Shown here: positions 1 to 10,015 of the stretch, one piece after another | Numbering within the stretch: the stretch's first letter is position 1 | Layout: the number at the start of each line of letters is the position of its first letter | Source: Candidatus Poribacteria bacterium | GTDB taxonomy: Bacteria; Poribacteria; WGA-4E; WGA-3G | DNA length: 64,000 bases | Direction: 5' to 3' | Assembly (NCBI GenBank): GCA_963665235.2 | Contig: CAXXLX010000001.1 | Coordinates: 832,001-896,000 of the forward strand | Made by a program: the position numbers and the translations under genes | Notes under the pieces: model-generated | What the model was told of the DNA's origin: nothing | What the model saw: the letters and a program-made list of their open reading frames with translations, nothing else | The model's database searches: none

Positions 1-188
1 CAAAACCATCTGAGTCGCTCGTTCGTTTCGAGCCAGTCAAAGGCTTGAAAGATGATGTCTGCGATTTCGGGGGTGGCAAGCAGCGGTTTTTTGTTAAGTG
101 TGGTTATTGTGAGGGAATAATAGGTGCCGGGTATTGAGTGTCTGCCTTTGCGGAGTTGTCGGTGTCCTCGGGTAGGCGATTTTTTCAT
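1..188 (-). CDS. REP-associated tyrosine transposase (RAYT/TnpA-REP), N-terminal part; runs off the window
   Basis: Manual translation from ATG at 188 gives MKKSPTRGHRQLRKGRHSIPGTYYSLTITTLNKKPLLATPEIADIIFQAFDWLETNERLRWF. This matches the RAYT N-terminal pattern LRxGRxSxxGxxYxxTxxT...PL. It lies directly beside a GTAG-REP array. The HUH motif would fall just outside the window. Confidence 0.8.
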   Translation of the reverse strand, partial: MKKSPTRGHRQLRKGRHSIPGTYYSLTITTLNKKPLLATPEIADIIFQAFDWLETNERLRWF

Positions 189-204
189 TTCATATTCCTA
201 TAAT

Positions 205-1080
205 GTGTCGCGTGCACAGCACGCTCCTACAGAAGAGATTATCGCGTGCGGTGCACGTTCCTACAGAAGAGGGTGTCGCGTGCACAGCACGCTCCTACAG
301 AAGAGGGTGTCGCGAGCCCAGCTCGCTCCTACAGAAGAGGGTGTCGCGTGCACAGCACACTCCTACAGAAGAGGTGTCGCGAGCCCAGCACACTCCTACA
401 GAAGAGGGTGTCGCGTGCACAGCACGCTCCTACAGAAGAGGGTGTCGCGTGCACAGCTCGCTCCTACAGAAGAGGTGTCGCGAGCCCAGCTCGCTCCTAC
501 AGAAGAGGGTGTCGCGTGCACAGCACGCTCCTACAGAAGAGGGTGTCGCGAGCCCAGCTCGCTCCTACAGAAGAGGGTGTCGCGTGCACAGCACGCTCCT
601 ACAGAAGAGGTGTCGCGTGCACAGCACGCTCCTACAGAAGAGGGTGTCGCGTGCACAGCACACTCCTACAGAAGAGGGTGTCGCGAGCCCAGCACGCTCC
701 TACAGAAGAGGGTGTCGCGTGCACAGCACGCTCCTACAGAAGAGGTGTCGCGTGCACAGCACGCTCCTACAGAAGAGGGTGTCGCGTGCACAGCACGCTC
801 CTACAGAAGAGGGTGTCGCGTGCACAGCACGCTCCTACAGAAGAGGGTGTCGCGTGCACAGCACACTCCTACAGAAGAGGGTGTCGCGTGCACAGCACGC
901 TCCTACAGAAGAGGTGTCGCGTGCACAGCTCGCTCCTACAGAAGAGGTGTCGCGAGCCCAGCTCGCTCCTACAGAAGAGGTGTCGCGTGCCCAGCACGCT
1001 CCTACAGAAGAGGGTGTCGCGTGCACAGCACACTCCTACAGAAGAGGGTGTCGCGTGCACAGCACGCTCCTACAGAAGAG
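205..1080 (-). repeat. Tandem array of 26 GTAG-type REP units, 33-34 bp each (REP family A)
   Basis: Minus-strand unit is CTCTTCT-GTAG-GA-GCGTGC-TGT-GCACGC-GACAC, a GTAG tag followed by a hairpin; 26 CCTAC cores counted. Confidence 0.92.
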
Positions 1081-1097
1081 GGGCGCAGGATGTGTTA

Positions 1098-1961
1098 TCA
1101 CGTAGTGTTATTCTCCAGCGAATACGCACGATTGCCACCCGGACCGCCACCAATCGCCCACGTACCACGGAACAACGATTGCCGTTTCGGCGGCATCGTT
1201 TCAATAATCTCATGGCTCAGATTCAACCGATGCCACTGGGCCCAAATTGAGTTATAGCAATTGAAAACCGCGCACCGTGGATTATCGGGATTCGTCCAAT
1301 CGTTTGCGGCATGCACAAGGCTTTCTGTGAAAATCACGACCGACCCAGGGGGACAGCTATAATCCTCCATCATCTCCCGCATGCTATCCTCCCATGGCGA
1401 TTCGCTGATATTCGGACGATACGGGTCCGGCCCGCCGTAGTTGAAGTGTGCCTTATGCGAACCGCTTAGGAAAGAGGTACCGCCTTGTCCTGCCTTCACC
1501 TCCTCAAGTTCCCAAACGACGCGCGTGAGTCCAGCGAATATTTTTCCGCCAGCAACCTGATACCGCATCGCATTTGCTTGTTGCGGGGGTCGCACGACGT
1601 GTGGCAATCCGTTATCACCCCGTGATGTAACACTCCAGCCGGGTTTCCGGACAGTCGTAAAAGACCCTTCACACCGAAATCCGTAGCAATCATCGAGAAT
1701 AAATCGTTCATCCGCAAGAATTGCATTTAGAACACCTACAATTCCGGGATGATCGAGTAAGGTTTGGAGGGCTCCCTGATAACTTTGTCGGGCACCCGCA
1801 TACACCTCCGCTTTCATCTCTTCAATTTCCGAGTCTGATAGGACCGATGGTAACAAAATCCAACCCCGAAGGTCAAAGAAAAACTTCTGTTCGGGGGTCA
1901 TCAACTTTTCTTCAGGAGACAACGGCATCGGTTCATTGGAATTACGTACTTCTTTTTTCAT
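1098..1961 (-). CDS. Phytanoyl-CoA dioxygenase (PhyH) family protein
   Basis: EQKFFFDLRGW start, GSHK, and PGSVVIFTESLVH motifs. Confidence 0.85.
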   Translation of the reverse strand: MKKEVRNSNEPMPLSPEEKLMTPEQKFFFDLRGWILLPSVLSDSEIEEMKAEVYAGARQSYQGALQTLLDHPGIVGVLNAILADERFILDDCYGFRCEGSFTTVRKPGWSVTSRGDNGLPHVVRPPQQANAMRYQVAGGKIFAGLTRVVWELEEVKAGQGGTSFLSGSHKAHFNYGGPDPYRPNISESPWEDSMREMMEDYSCPPGSVVIFTESLVHAANDWTNPDNPRCAVFNCYNSIWAQWHRLNLSHEIIETMPPKRQSLFRGTWAIGGGPGGNRAYSLENNTT

Positions 1962-1974
1962 AATAAAAATCCTT

Positions 1975-3723
1975 TTACAACGCCTGCTTCAATCCAGGCA
2001 AAAAGTAATCCTTAACAACAACTTCCCAGCTCATGCAAGCGGCGATATCATATCCCTCTTTAATCATATCTTCAACATCGCGAGATTTCCGTGGTAGGCG
2101 GCCGAGCAGTTTTGCTGCGATGTCTCGACTATTCTCCACCTCAATCTGCGTTCGTTCCGCCAACCCGATATGAATCACATCTTCCAGTGACTGCGGGGGC
2201 GGATTCAGGTGCGTATAATCAGCAATAACGATATTCGGAACGTCACGATTGTCGGTAGCACGTTGAATGAACCCGTAACACCCACACACGTTGCTAACCA
2301 CACAGATTGCGCCGAAACTGAGCGGTTCCACCTGTGCAATTCCGAAGGGTTCATAAATGGACTGCCCAAATTCTGCATCGCTTCCCTTGCGAATGTCCAT
2401 AAATTCCATATCACTATGCATTCGAGTCCCGCAAGCAGCTTGGCTCCACCCGAACTGATTGACGAAAACCACCTTTATCGCTTTAGACTGAAGATTGAAA
2501 GCAGAAACCCCGTTATTCAATTCGACCTCCGCGCCGACCAAATCGGGATACCCAATCTTGTGATGCACGGGCCACCCGTATTCCTTCTCCATCTCATGGA
2601 TGCTTTCATGAGGACGCCCGGTTGCAATTTCTGTAGAGAGGATAAACAGAACGGCTGTTTTATCATTAGAGGCAAGCAGTGAGTCCAAATGCGTTAGCAC
2701 CTGCAAATCGCGCCATAACCCCTTGCTTTTAACGAGTCGTGTTACATGCGTAAAGACATAATCCGGGCGATAGTCAAGCAGTGTCCGCGCGTATTTCTGG
2801 AGCCGTGCTTTCGATTCAGTCTTTTCCGCGAGGCTCACTTGAAACGCTGGAATTCCGTTATACACGAGGTTAATCGGAAACGTCTCAAACGGCTGTGCCA
2901 AAAAACGGAGCTCTTCTACAACGAGGTCACCGACAGCGAAGATTGCATCGCAGAGGTGTGCCTTATCAATCAAAACGTGCTTGTAATACCAGAATAGGTC
3001 TCCGAACACATCATGTGCCAACATGCCTTGTGCCTTTGCCTGCTGTAAAACGTTGTAAAAGCGGACATCGTGTCCGGGGTGTCCCTCAACAAGCGGTCGT
3101 ATCGTTGCGACTTCGTGGGCGTAAAAGACAGTACGCATATTTGCTGCGCGAGTGTCGATTTTCCGTTCGATGAGCGTTTTCAGTGCAAGCGGCATCCCCA
3201 TAAATTCGTGTGAAATAATGAACACGGGGGTTTCAGTCTCTTCATCAATTAGCACCCGCAGGGCATCGTAAGCAGGGGCAGCGAGACGGACGTACTCCTC
3301 AAACTCCCATTCACTTTCGTAACGGCTCGATTCAATGCCAAAGTGCTTGTAGAGTTGCCACTTGAACTGCCCAGTTAAATCTTCATTGCTGTTCGAGACG
3401 TTAACTAAGAGGACATCTGTCAGTGTGGTACCCTTTTGGTTTGGACCTTCAAATCGCCGTTGTCCGTAGACAAGTTCCACCTGATATTTTTTTTCAATAG
3501 CACTGAGTGCTTCCGCGTGCGGTGTGTTTTGCACACCGTCGGCGGCGTGATACAGTACAGAATCGAGTGCACCCAGCTCGGCACCAGAAAAAGTGGGGCC
3601 GATAAGAAATGTCCGCTCAATTGCTGCATTATAGCTTTGGGTTGTCAGCAAACCCTCCAAAACTGCGCCGATGCCCCCCATTTTTTGGATAGCTTCGTGT
3701 GTGACGTGGACAACAATACTCAA
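1975..3723 (-). CDS. Glycogen synthase-like GT-B glycosyltransferase (GT3-like)
   Basis: HEAIQKMGGIGAV resembles the GT3 EVxNKVGGI motif; also SHEFM, NGI, RLVKSKG and SIYEPFG. Divergent from glgP. Confidence 0.7.
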   Translation of the reverse strand: MSIVVHVTHEAIQKMGGIGAVLEGLLTTQSYNAAIERTFLIGPTFSGAELGALDSVLYHAADGVQNTPHAEALSAIEKKYQVELVYGQRRFEGPNQKGTTLTDVLLVNVSNSNEDLTGQFKWQLYKHFGIESSRYESEWEFEEYVRLAAPAYDALRVLIDEETETPVFIISHEFMGMPLALKTLIERKIDTRAANMRTVFYAHEVATIRPLVEGHPGHDVRFYNVLQQAKAQGMLAHDVFGDLFWYYKHVLIDKAHLCDAIFAVGDLVVEELRFLAQPFETFPINLVYNGIPAFQVSLAEKTESKARLQKYARTLLDYRPDYVFTHVTRLVKSKGLWRDLQVLTHLDSLLASNDKTAVLFILSTEIATGRPHESIHEMEKEYGWPVHHKIGYPDLVGAEVELNNGVSAFNLQSKAIKVVFVNQFGWSQAACGTRMHSDMEFMDIRKGSDAEFGQSIYEPFGIAQVEPLSFGAICVVSNVCGCYGFIQRATDNRDVPNIVIADYTHLNPPPQSLEDVIHIGLAERTQIEVENSRDIAAKLLGRLPRKSRDVEDMIKEGYDIAACMSWEVVVKDYFLPGLKQAL

Positions 3724-3845
3724 GATTTCACCTCGCCAAAAGCATAAGGTTAGAATATCTTAAAAAATACCATGCAAACCGAGAGGGTGTCAAGCACATT
3801 TTTGGAGGGTGTGCAAGTGTGTAAAGTTTTTGGACTATGATAAAG

Positions 3846-3920
3846 GGAAGATTGGAAGATTGGAAGATTGGAAGAGGGGAAGATTGGAAGATTGGAAGAT
3901 TGGAAGAGGGGAAGGATGGA
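3846..3920 (+). repeat. GATTGGAA octamer tandem repeat
   Basis: Repeated gaagattg units, seen directly. Confidence 0.8.
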
Positions 3921-4077
3921 TTTCGCGCGTGTGTTGTCTGAATGCACGTCGCATTTGGGCGAGTACGCCGCAAATCGCGGATTATCGCGGAGGACACGGA
4001 TTTCGCGGGGGCAGCCATTAGCAAAAGGAAAAGAACTCTGACACGTTTCAGAGATGTTCTTAGAATCACAAACCTCT

Positions 4078-4135
4078 TGCTAATTGCTAATTGCTAACTG
4101 CTAATCGCCAATGCGCCAATCGCCAATCGCCAATT
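4078..4135 (+). repeat. Heptamer (CTAATTG/CCAATCG) short tandem repeat; similar tracts near 27113, 27382 and 31960
   Basis: Seen directly. Confidence 0.75.
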
Positions 4136-4139
4136 TCTA

Positions 4140-4168
4140 TTGACAATCGGAAGGAATAGCAGTATAAT
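4140..4168 (+). promoter_or_regulatory. Sigma70 promoter upstream of glgP
   Basis: Perfect TTGACA-N17-TATAAT. Confidence 0.75.
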
Positions 4169-4232
4169 TTATCTATACCACCCTATAAATCGCGCACAGG
4201 AGCTAGCTTCTACAGAAAGGAAATATTAAAAA

Positions 4233-6860
4233 ATGAGGCCGATTCGCCAATTGTCCGTTGTACCGAACTTACCAGAGAATCTTGAACCGCTACGCGAATT
4301 AGCATTAAACTTATGGTGGACCTGGAATAGTGATGCAATTAGTCTCTTCCACCATCTCGATGCGGAGCTGTGGGAGGAAACCTACCATAACCCTATAGCA
4401 ATACTTGGTAAAATTCCGCAGGAACAGTTGCAGGATATTGCGAAAAATGAGGTTTTTTTAGCCCACCTTGAGGTAATTCACAAAAAGTTTAAAACATATC
4501 TCGCTGCCCCCGCATGGTTTGAAACGCATTCAAACGACCCATCACTCTCGAACCTACAAATCGCCTATTTTTCAATGGAGTTCGGATTGACAGAGTGTCT
4601 GCCGCTTTACTCCGGCGGTTTAGGGGTGTTAGCTGGTGACCATCTGAAATCGACCAGTTATCTTGGGCTTCCGTTCGTTGGAGTTGGTTTACTTTATCAG
4701 CACGGCTATTTCCGTCAAACGCTAACATCGGACGGTTGGCAGACAGCAGATTACCCGACAAATGACTTTTACAATATGCCGATTTCTCCCGAAAAACAGG
4801 CAGATGGAAGTCAGCTGCTAATTGAGGTAGAGTATCCTGAGGGAACAGCATTTGCAAAAGTTTGGCGTGCACAGGTCGGTCGGGTGCCGCTGTATCTATT
4901 GGATACCAACATCCCCGAAAACGAGAATGCGGCGTTGAAAGACATCACCGATTACCTTTATGGCGGCGATGAAGAGATGCGTATCAAGCAGGAGATTCTG
5001 CTCGGTATTGGGGGCTACCGTGCTTTAGCAGCACTCGGCATCCAACCGACCGTCTGCCACATGAACGAAGGGCACGCCGCTTTTCTGGTATTTGAACGGA
5101 TACGCCAATTAATGGCAGAAACCGGACTCAATTTTGAAGCAGCATGTGAAGCAACGGCCGCAGGGAATATTTTCACAACCCACACCCCGGTTCCCGCAGG
5201 GATTGATTGGTTTCCGCCTGAACTTGTAAAAAATTACTGTAGTGATTCTCTGAGCGCACTCGGCATTTCAGCAGAAAAGTTCCTCGGCCTAGGCAGAAAG
5301 AATCCAGCGGACACTAACAGTGAATTCAGCCCGGCATTAGTTGCACTACGACTTTCAACGATGTCCAACGGCGTGAGCCAACTACACGGACACGTGTCAC
5401 GCAATATGTGGAAAGAGCTATGGCCCAATCTTCCGGCGCACGAGGTGCCTATCAAGGCGATAACGAACGGTATTCATACCCGCTCCTGGGTTTCCGAAGA
5501 TATGCAGAGCCTGTTCGACAGGTATCTCGGCCCCAAGTGGATAGTTGACCTCACGAATCAGGAGGTATGGACGCAAATTTCTAAAATTCCGGATACGGAG
5601 TTATGGCGTACCCATGAACGTCGCCGCGAACGTCTTATCGCTTTTGCACAGCAGCGGCAAAGTCAGAAACGACAAAAACGTGCGGACTTAACCCCCCTCC
5701 CCCCGGTATCAAGTGGACAAGCTGTTCAAAATAGCGGTGAGAAGCGGGACGCTGGGGCAAAAATACTTAATGCCGCAGCACTAACCATCGGGTTTGCCCG
5801 CCGATTTGCTACCTATAAACGCGCTACGCTCCTATTTAATGATTTGGAACGGCTCGCGACAATTCTCAACGACCCTGACCGGCCCGTTCAACTTATCTTC
5901 GCTGGAAAGGCGCACCCGCACGACCATGAAGGGAAAGTCTTTATTCAACGAATTCACCAAATTGCTGCGGAACCCCGATTCCAACATAAAATCCTTTTCA
6001 TCGAAAATTACGACATCTGTGTCGGACGCTATCTTGTTGAAGGTGTTGATGTTTGGCTGAATACCCCACTTCCACCGAATGAAGCCAGCGGCACAAGTGG
6101 AATGAAGGCAGCAGCCAACGGCGTACTCAACCTCAGTACCGCGGATGGTTGGTGGGCGGAAGCGGAACACCTCGGCGGCGGATGGACAATTGCAGCGACA
6201 CCGGAAACAGATGACCCGAAATCTATCGACAAGGCACACGCAAACGCTATCTATGAACTCCTCGAAAAGGAGGTCGTCCCGCTATTTTACGACCGACATC
6301 CCGTTGACGATATTCCTTACGGGTGGGTTAACCGGATGAAGACAGCCATGCAGCACTTGGCACCGGTCTTCAATACAAAACGCATGGTGGCTGAATATGC
6401 AGAACGGCTCTATTTTCCTGCACACCAAAGATGGCTAAAGTTGAATCAGGATGCCGCGCGCCGCAGCATCGAGCTTGCCAATTGGAAAACAAACATCCGT
6501 AAGCATTGGCATAAGTTGCGAATTGAGGAGCGAGTCTCGAAAACAGGAGAGGGGAGTGGCGTGGCACTTTCTGTCGGAGAATCGGTTACAATTCAGGCAG
6601 TTGTTCACACAGACGCGCTGTTTCCAAATGAACTCGCTGTCCAAATTTATCACGGGGTGTTAGATGCAACCGGGGAAATTCAGAACGGACGCGCCACACA
6701 GATCGAATATCGAGAAGACCTCAGTGGTGGCAAATATCTGTTTGAAGGCACACTTGTGCTAAACCAGACAGGACAGCACGGTTATACACTTCGGGTTCTG
6801 CCCGCCCATGAAGATTTACAATCTCATTATGAGCTCGGCCTTGTGAAGTGGGCAAAATAA
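4233..6860 (+). CDS. glgP: Alpha-glucan (glycogen) phosphorylase
   Basis: YFSMEFG, YSGGLGVLAGD, GFARRFATYKR and the PLP-lysine motif EASGTSGMKA. Confidence 0.97.
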   Translation: MRPIRQLSVVPNLPENLEPLRELALNLWWTWNSDAISLFHHLDAELWEETYHNPIAILGKIPQEQLQDIAKNEVFLAHLEVIHKKFKTYLAAPAWFETHSNDPSLSNLQIAYFSMEFGLTECLPLYSGGLGVLAGDHLKSTSYLGLPFVGVGLLYQHGYFRQTLTSDGWQTADYPTNDFYNMPISPEKQADGSQLLIEVEYPEGTAFAKVWRAQVGRVPLYLLDTNIPENENAALKDITDYLYGGDEEMRIKQEILLGIGGYRALAALGIQPTVCHMNEGHAAFLVFERIRQLMAETGLNFEAACEATAAGNIFTTHTPVPAGIDWFPPELVKNYCSDSLSALGISAEKFLGLGRKNPADTNSEFSPALVALRLSTMSNGVSQLHGHVSRNMWKELWPNLPAHEVPIKAITNGIHTRSWVSEDMQSLFDRYLGPKWIVDLTNQEVWTQISKIPDTELWRTHERRRERLIAFAQQRQSQKRQKRADLTPLPPVSSGQAVQNSGEKRDAGAKILNAAALTIGFARRFATYKRATLLFNDLERLATILNDPDRPVQLIFAGKAHPHDHEGKVFIQRIHQIAAEPRFQHKILFIENYDICVGRYLVEGVDVWLNTPLPPNEASGTSGMKAAANGVLNLSTADGWWAEAEHLGGGWTIAATPETDDPKSIDKAHANAIYELLEKEVVPLFYDRHPVDDIPYGWVNRMKTAMQHLAPVFNTKRMVAEYAERLYFPAHQRWLKLNQDAARRSIELANWKTNIRKHWHKLRIEERVSKTGEGSGVALSVGESVTIQAVVHTDALFPNELAVQIYHGVLDATGEIQNGRATQIEYREDLSGGKYLFEGTLVLNQTGQHGYTLRVLPAHEDLQSHYELGLVKWAK

Positions 6861-7016
6861 AGACCGAAAACTAAATAATCCTGGCTAAAATCTATTTTTC
6901 TGTTGCACAAATCAATTTTTAAGCGTATAATAGAATAGGTTTGTAGGCTGCATAGTTGTTCATGAATCTACTTAAGAAGAAGCAGGAAACCCATGTCTTT
7001 GGCGTGGGAATATCAC

Positions 7017-7604
7017 ATGGAAAGAAAAGCAGAAATTTCACGTGAAACGACAGAAACTCAAATCCGGCTCAGTCTCAATCTAGATGGAACCGGAACTTCT
7101 CATATCAAAACCGGTGTTGGATTCCTCGACCACATGTTAGAACTCTTTGCAAAACACGGATTTTTCGATCTGACGGTTGAAGCAACGGGAGATTTACATG
7201 TAGATGCCCATCACACAACGGAAGATGTCGGTATATGTTTAGGGCAAGCCTTTCAACAGGCAATAAAAGACAAAGCCGGGATGAAACGATTTGGAAGCTT
7301 TGCTGTGCCGATGTATGAAGCTCTCGCGAAAGTTGACCTAGATATCTGTGGACGGCCCTATCTTCATTATGAGACACCGCTGAAGTTCGGAAAAATTGGG
7401 ACGTTCGATATAGAACTTGCTGAAGAATTTTTTCACGGATTTGTAAACCATAGCGGAACAACCTTACACATTAACGTACCATCCGGCACTAATCAACATC
7501 ACATAATTGAAGCGATTTTTAAAGCAGTTGCAAAAGCTTTGGATATCGCAACGCAACTCGATACACGGATTAGTGGGGTGCTCTCTACCAAAGGCAGTCT
7601 TTAA
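7017..7604 (+). CDS. hisB: Imidazoleglycerol-phosphate dehydratase
   Basis: RETTETQI, FLDHML, DAHHTTED, HHIIEAIFKA and STKGSL motifs. Confidence 0.97.
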   Translation: MERKAEISRETTETQIRLSLNLDGTGTSHIKTGVGFLDHMLELFAKHGFFDLTVEATGDLHVDAHHTTEDVGICLGQAFQQAIKDKAGMKRFGSFAVPMYEALAKVDLDICGRPYLHYETPLKFGKIGTFDIELAEEFFHGFVNHSGTTLHINVPSGTNQHHIIEAIFKAVAKALDIATQLDTRISGVLSTKGSL

Positions 7605-7633
7605 TATTTCCTTATCAAACGAATCCTGTTAAA

Positions 7634-7785
7634 ACGCGAGTTTGAAAAAAAGTTTTGACCCTCAGCGTTCTGTGGTAGTTTTAGCAAAAACCAGCACAAA
7701 CTAGGAAGTTTATGCTACAATTATACCGCTTTTTTCGCGATGAAAAAGGTTTAGAGCAAACGGATATTTATTATCAAGCTCACGT
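7634..7785. mobile_element. 152-bp MITE (ACG-family) with one internal REP-B hairpin
   Basis: TIR ACGCGAGTTTGA...TCAAGCTCACGT with 7-bp TSD TGTTAAA; near-identical copies at 18555 and 27230. Confidence 0.9.
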
Positions 7786-7888
7786 TGTTAAACAGAAATG
7801 TAAGCCCAACCAACGGGCGGGCTGGGTAAACGGAAGATAGATAGCACATTACACAACCCCTAAACGAACCGATAGGAAAAATTAAAAT

Positions 7889-9181
7889 ATGAGTCCAGAG
7901 AATGTTCTCTCAGTTATTCTTGGCGGCGGCCGCGGCACACGCCTATTTCCATTGACACGCGACCGGGCAAAACCGAGCGTACCAATTGCTGGCAAATTTA
8001 GACTGGTTGATATCCCCATTAGCAATTGCCTTCATTCCGGGTTGGAGCGGATTTATGTTTTAACACAGTTCAACTCTGTCTCCTTGAATAGGCATATTTC
8101 AAAGGCGTACCGGTTTGATACCTATCGTCGGGGTTTCGTTCAAATTTTGGCAGCACAACAAACGCTCATGGGCGATGACTGGTATCAGGGAACGGCAGAT
8201 GCTATCAGACACAATAAGTCCTATATTCTCAATCCACGGTTTCCAGCGGATTACGTCCTGATTCTTGCCGGCGATCATCTCTATCGGATGGATTATCGCA
8301 AAATGCTCGCGGTACACATTGAATCAAAAGCAGATATCACCGTATCAGCGATTCCTGTGAAAAAAGAGGAAACAAGCGGTTTCGGTATTCTCCAAACAGA
8401 TGCAAATGGACAGATAATCAATTTCGTTGAAAAACCGCAAACGGAAGCTGCGTTGCAGCCGCTACGGGTTGACCCGAAGGTCTTCACCTCCCGCGGCGTT
8501 CAAGCCGAGGGAAGAGACTATATCGCTTCCATGGGAATCTATATTTTTAACAGGGAGGTCTTGCAAGAAGCTCTTGACGACGAATCAAACGATGACTTCG
8601 GTAAGGATATTATCCCGAAAAGCGTTAAGACGCGGCGCGTCTCCGCTTACTTTTTTGACGACTATTGGGAGGATATTGGTACTATTCGTTCCTTCTATTT
8701 AGCAAATATCGCGCTTACCGATGCGTCGCCGCCCTTCAATTTTTACGATGAACATGCACGTATCTACACCAATCCTCGGCATCTTCCGAGTACGAAAGTC
8801 AATAGCAGCAGTATCCGGTCCTCTACTCTCGCCGAAGGCTCTATTATTGACGATTCCGAATTGGATCGGACGATTGTCGGTATTCGGAGCATCATCTCAA
8901 ACGGCTCCCGAATTTACCAATCCGTACTCATGGGTGCGGACTACTATGAATCGGAGACGTTGCGTGCTGAAAATGCAAGCAACGGAATTATCAGTGTCGG
9001 AATCGGGCGAAATTGCCTAATCCAAAACGCTATTATTGACAAAAATGCAAGAATAGGCGATAATGCAGTCATAGCAAATACGCAGAATCTTGAAAATCAC
9101 GACGCGGATAACTACTATATTCGCGACGGAATTGTCATCGTGCCTAAAGACGCAACGATTCCACCGGATACGGTTATCTAA
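7889..9181 (+). CDS. glgC: Glucose-1-phosphate adenylyltransferase
   Basis: ILGGGRGTRLFPLT..RAKP, WYQGTADA, GDHLYRMDY, FVEKP and ASMGIYIF motifs. Confidence 0.97.
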   Translation: MSPENVLSVILGGGRGTRLFPLTRDRAKPSVPIAGKFRLVDIPISNCLHSGLERIYVLTQFNSVSLNRHISKAYRFDTYRRGFVQILAAQQTLMGDDWYQGTADAIRHNKSYILNPRFPADYVLILAGDHLYRMDYRKMLAVHIESKADITVSAIPVKKEETSGFGILQTDANGQIINFVEKPQTEAALQPLRVDPKVFTSRGVQAEGRDYIASMGIYIFNREVLQEALDDESNDDFGKDIIPKSVKTRRVSAYFFDDYWEDIGTIRSFYLANIALTDASPPFNFYDEHARIYTNPRHLPSTKVNSSSIRSSTLAEGSIIDDSELDRTIVGIRSIISNGSRIYQSVLMGADYYESETLRAENASNGIISVGIGRNCLIQNAIIDKNARIGDNAVIANTQNLENHDADNYYIRDGIVIVPKDATIPPDTVI

Positions 9182-9203
9182 TTCTAACAAAGGAGCATTT
9201 CAG

Positions 9204-9974
9204 ATGCATAAACTATTAATTTTTGTTATTTTCGGCCTTCTTGTTATCTCGCCACAACTCTTGGCACTAGACACAAACGGATTGGTTGGTGCTTGGTTAT
9301 TGGACGATGGCGGCGGAGATACTGTCGAGGATTCCTCCGATAACGGGTTGGATGGACAAATAGCGAAAGGTGCCCCGAAATGGGTTAAAGGTAAATTTGG
9401 GGGTGCCATGGAATTTGGCGGCGCAGACATGGTAACGGTTCCGGATAACGCTGCGCTTGACCTAAAATCCTTTACACTCTCAGCGTGGGTGAATATACCG
9501 AAAATCACGGATAGATGGCAGATTATTGCCACTAAAGAGAATCGCAACCCAACAAGCCGAAATTACGGCATATTTGGACATGTTAACACAGGTGTCATCC
9601 ATTACTCTTTCACAACAGGCAATTGGAAATCTTTTGACGCAAAAACCAAGGTTACCGATGGAAAATGGCATCATATCGCTGCAACCTATAAAAACCCTGA
9701 CTTCATACTCTATTTAGATGGAAAGGTAGATGGACAAACAGCACCAGGGACAGACCCAGATAACCACGATAATATGCTCTTTATCGGCGGCTGTGATGTT
9801 GGTAATTATTGGATGACAGGCACTATCGACGAGGTGGTCCTCTATGATAGAGCCCTCAGTCCCGCAGAAATCGGCGAATTAATGGATAAAGGAATCACGG
9901 GAGCTCTGGACGTAAAACCGGGTGGAAAACTGGTAACAACGTGGAGCCGGATTAAAGCAAACGCTGCTCGGTAA
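9204..9974 (+). CDS. Secreted LamG-like jellyroll domain protein
   Basis: Signal peptide, GKFGGA, WHHIAATY, GTIDEV and the C-terminal V.P.GKL.TTW..IK motif. Confidence 0.85.
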   Translation: MHKLLIFVIFGLLVISPQLLALDTNGLVGAWLLDDGGGDTVEDSSDNGLDGQIAKGAPKWVKGKFGGAMEFGGADMVTVPDNAALDLKSFTLSAWVNIPKITDRWQIIATKENRNPTSRNYGIFGHVNTGVIHYSFTTGNWKSFDAKTKVTDGKWHHIAATYKNPDFILYLDGKVDGQTAPGTDPDNHDNMLFIGGCDVGNYWMTGTIDEVVLYDRALSPAEIGELMDKGITGALDVKPGGKLVTTWSRIKANAAR

Positions 9975-10015
9975 TGCCGGGCATCAACAATACCGAAAAA
10001 AGGAGAATTTTTCTA

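Noticed and set aside
205-1080. CRISPR array
   Set aside because: Units abut with no unique spacers and no cas genes are present; the GTAG tag plus hairpin and the adjacent RAYT indicate REPs.
124-1257. Three long overlapping + strand ORFs
   Set aside because: Artefacts of a stop-free tandem repeat; the same applies to ORFs at 13452-13709, 26335-26984, 31424-31902, 52020-53285, 56260-56753 and 60726-61229.
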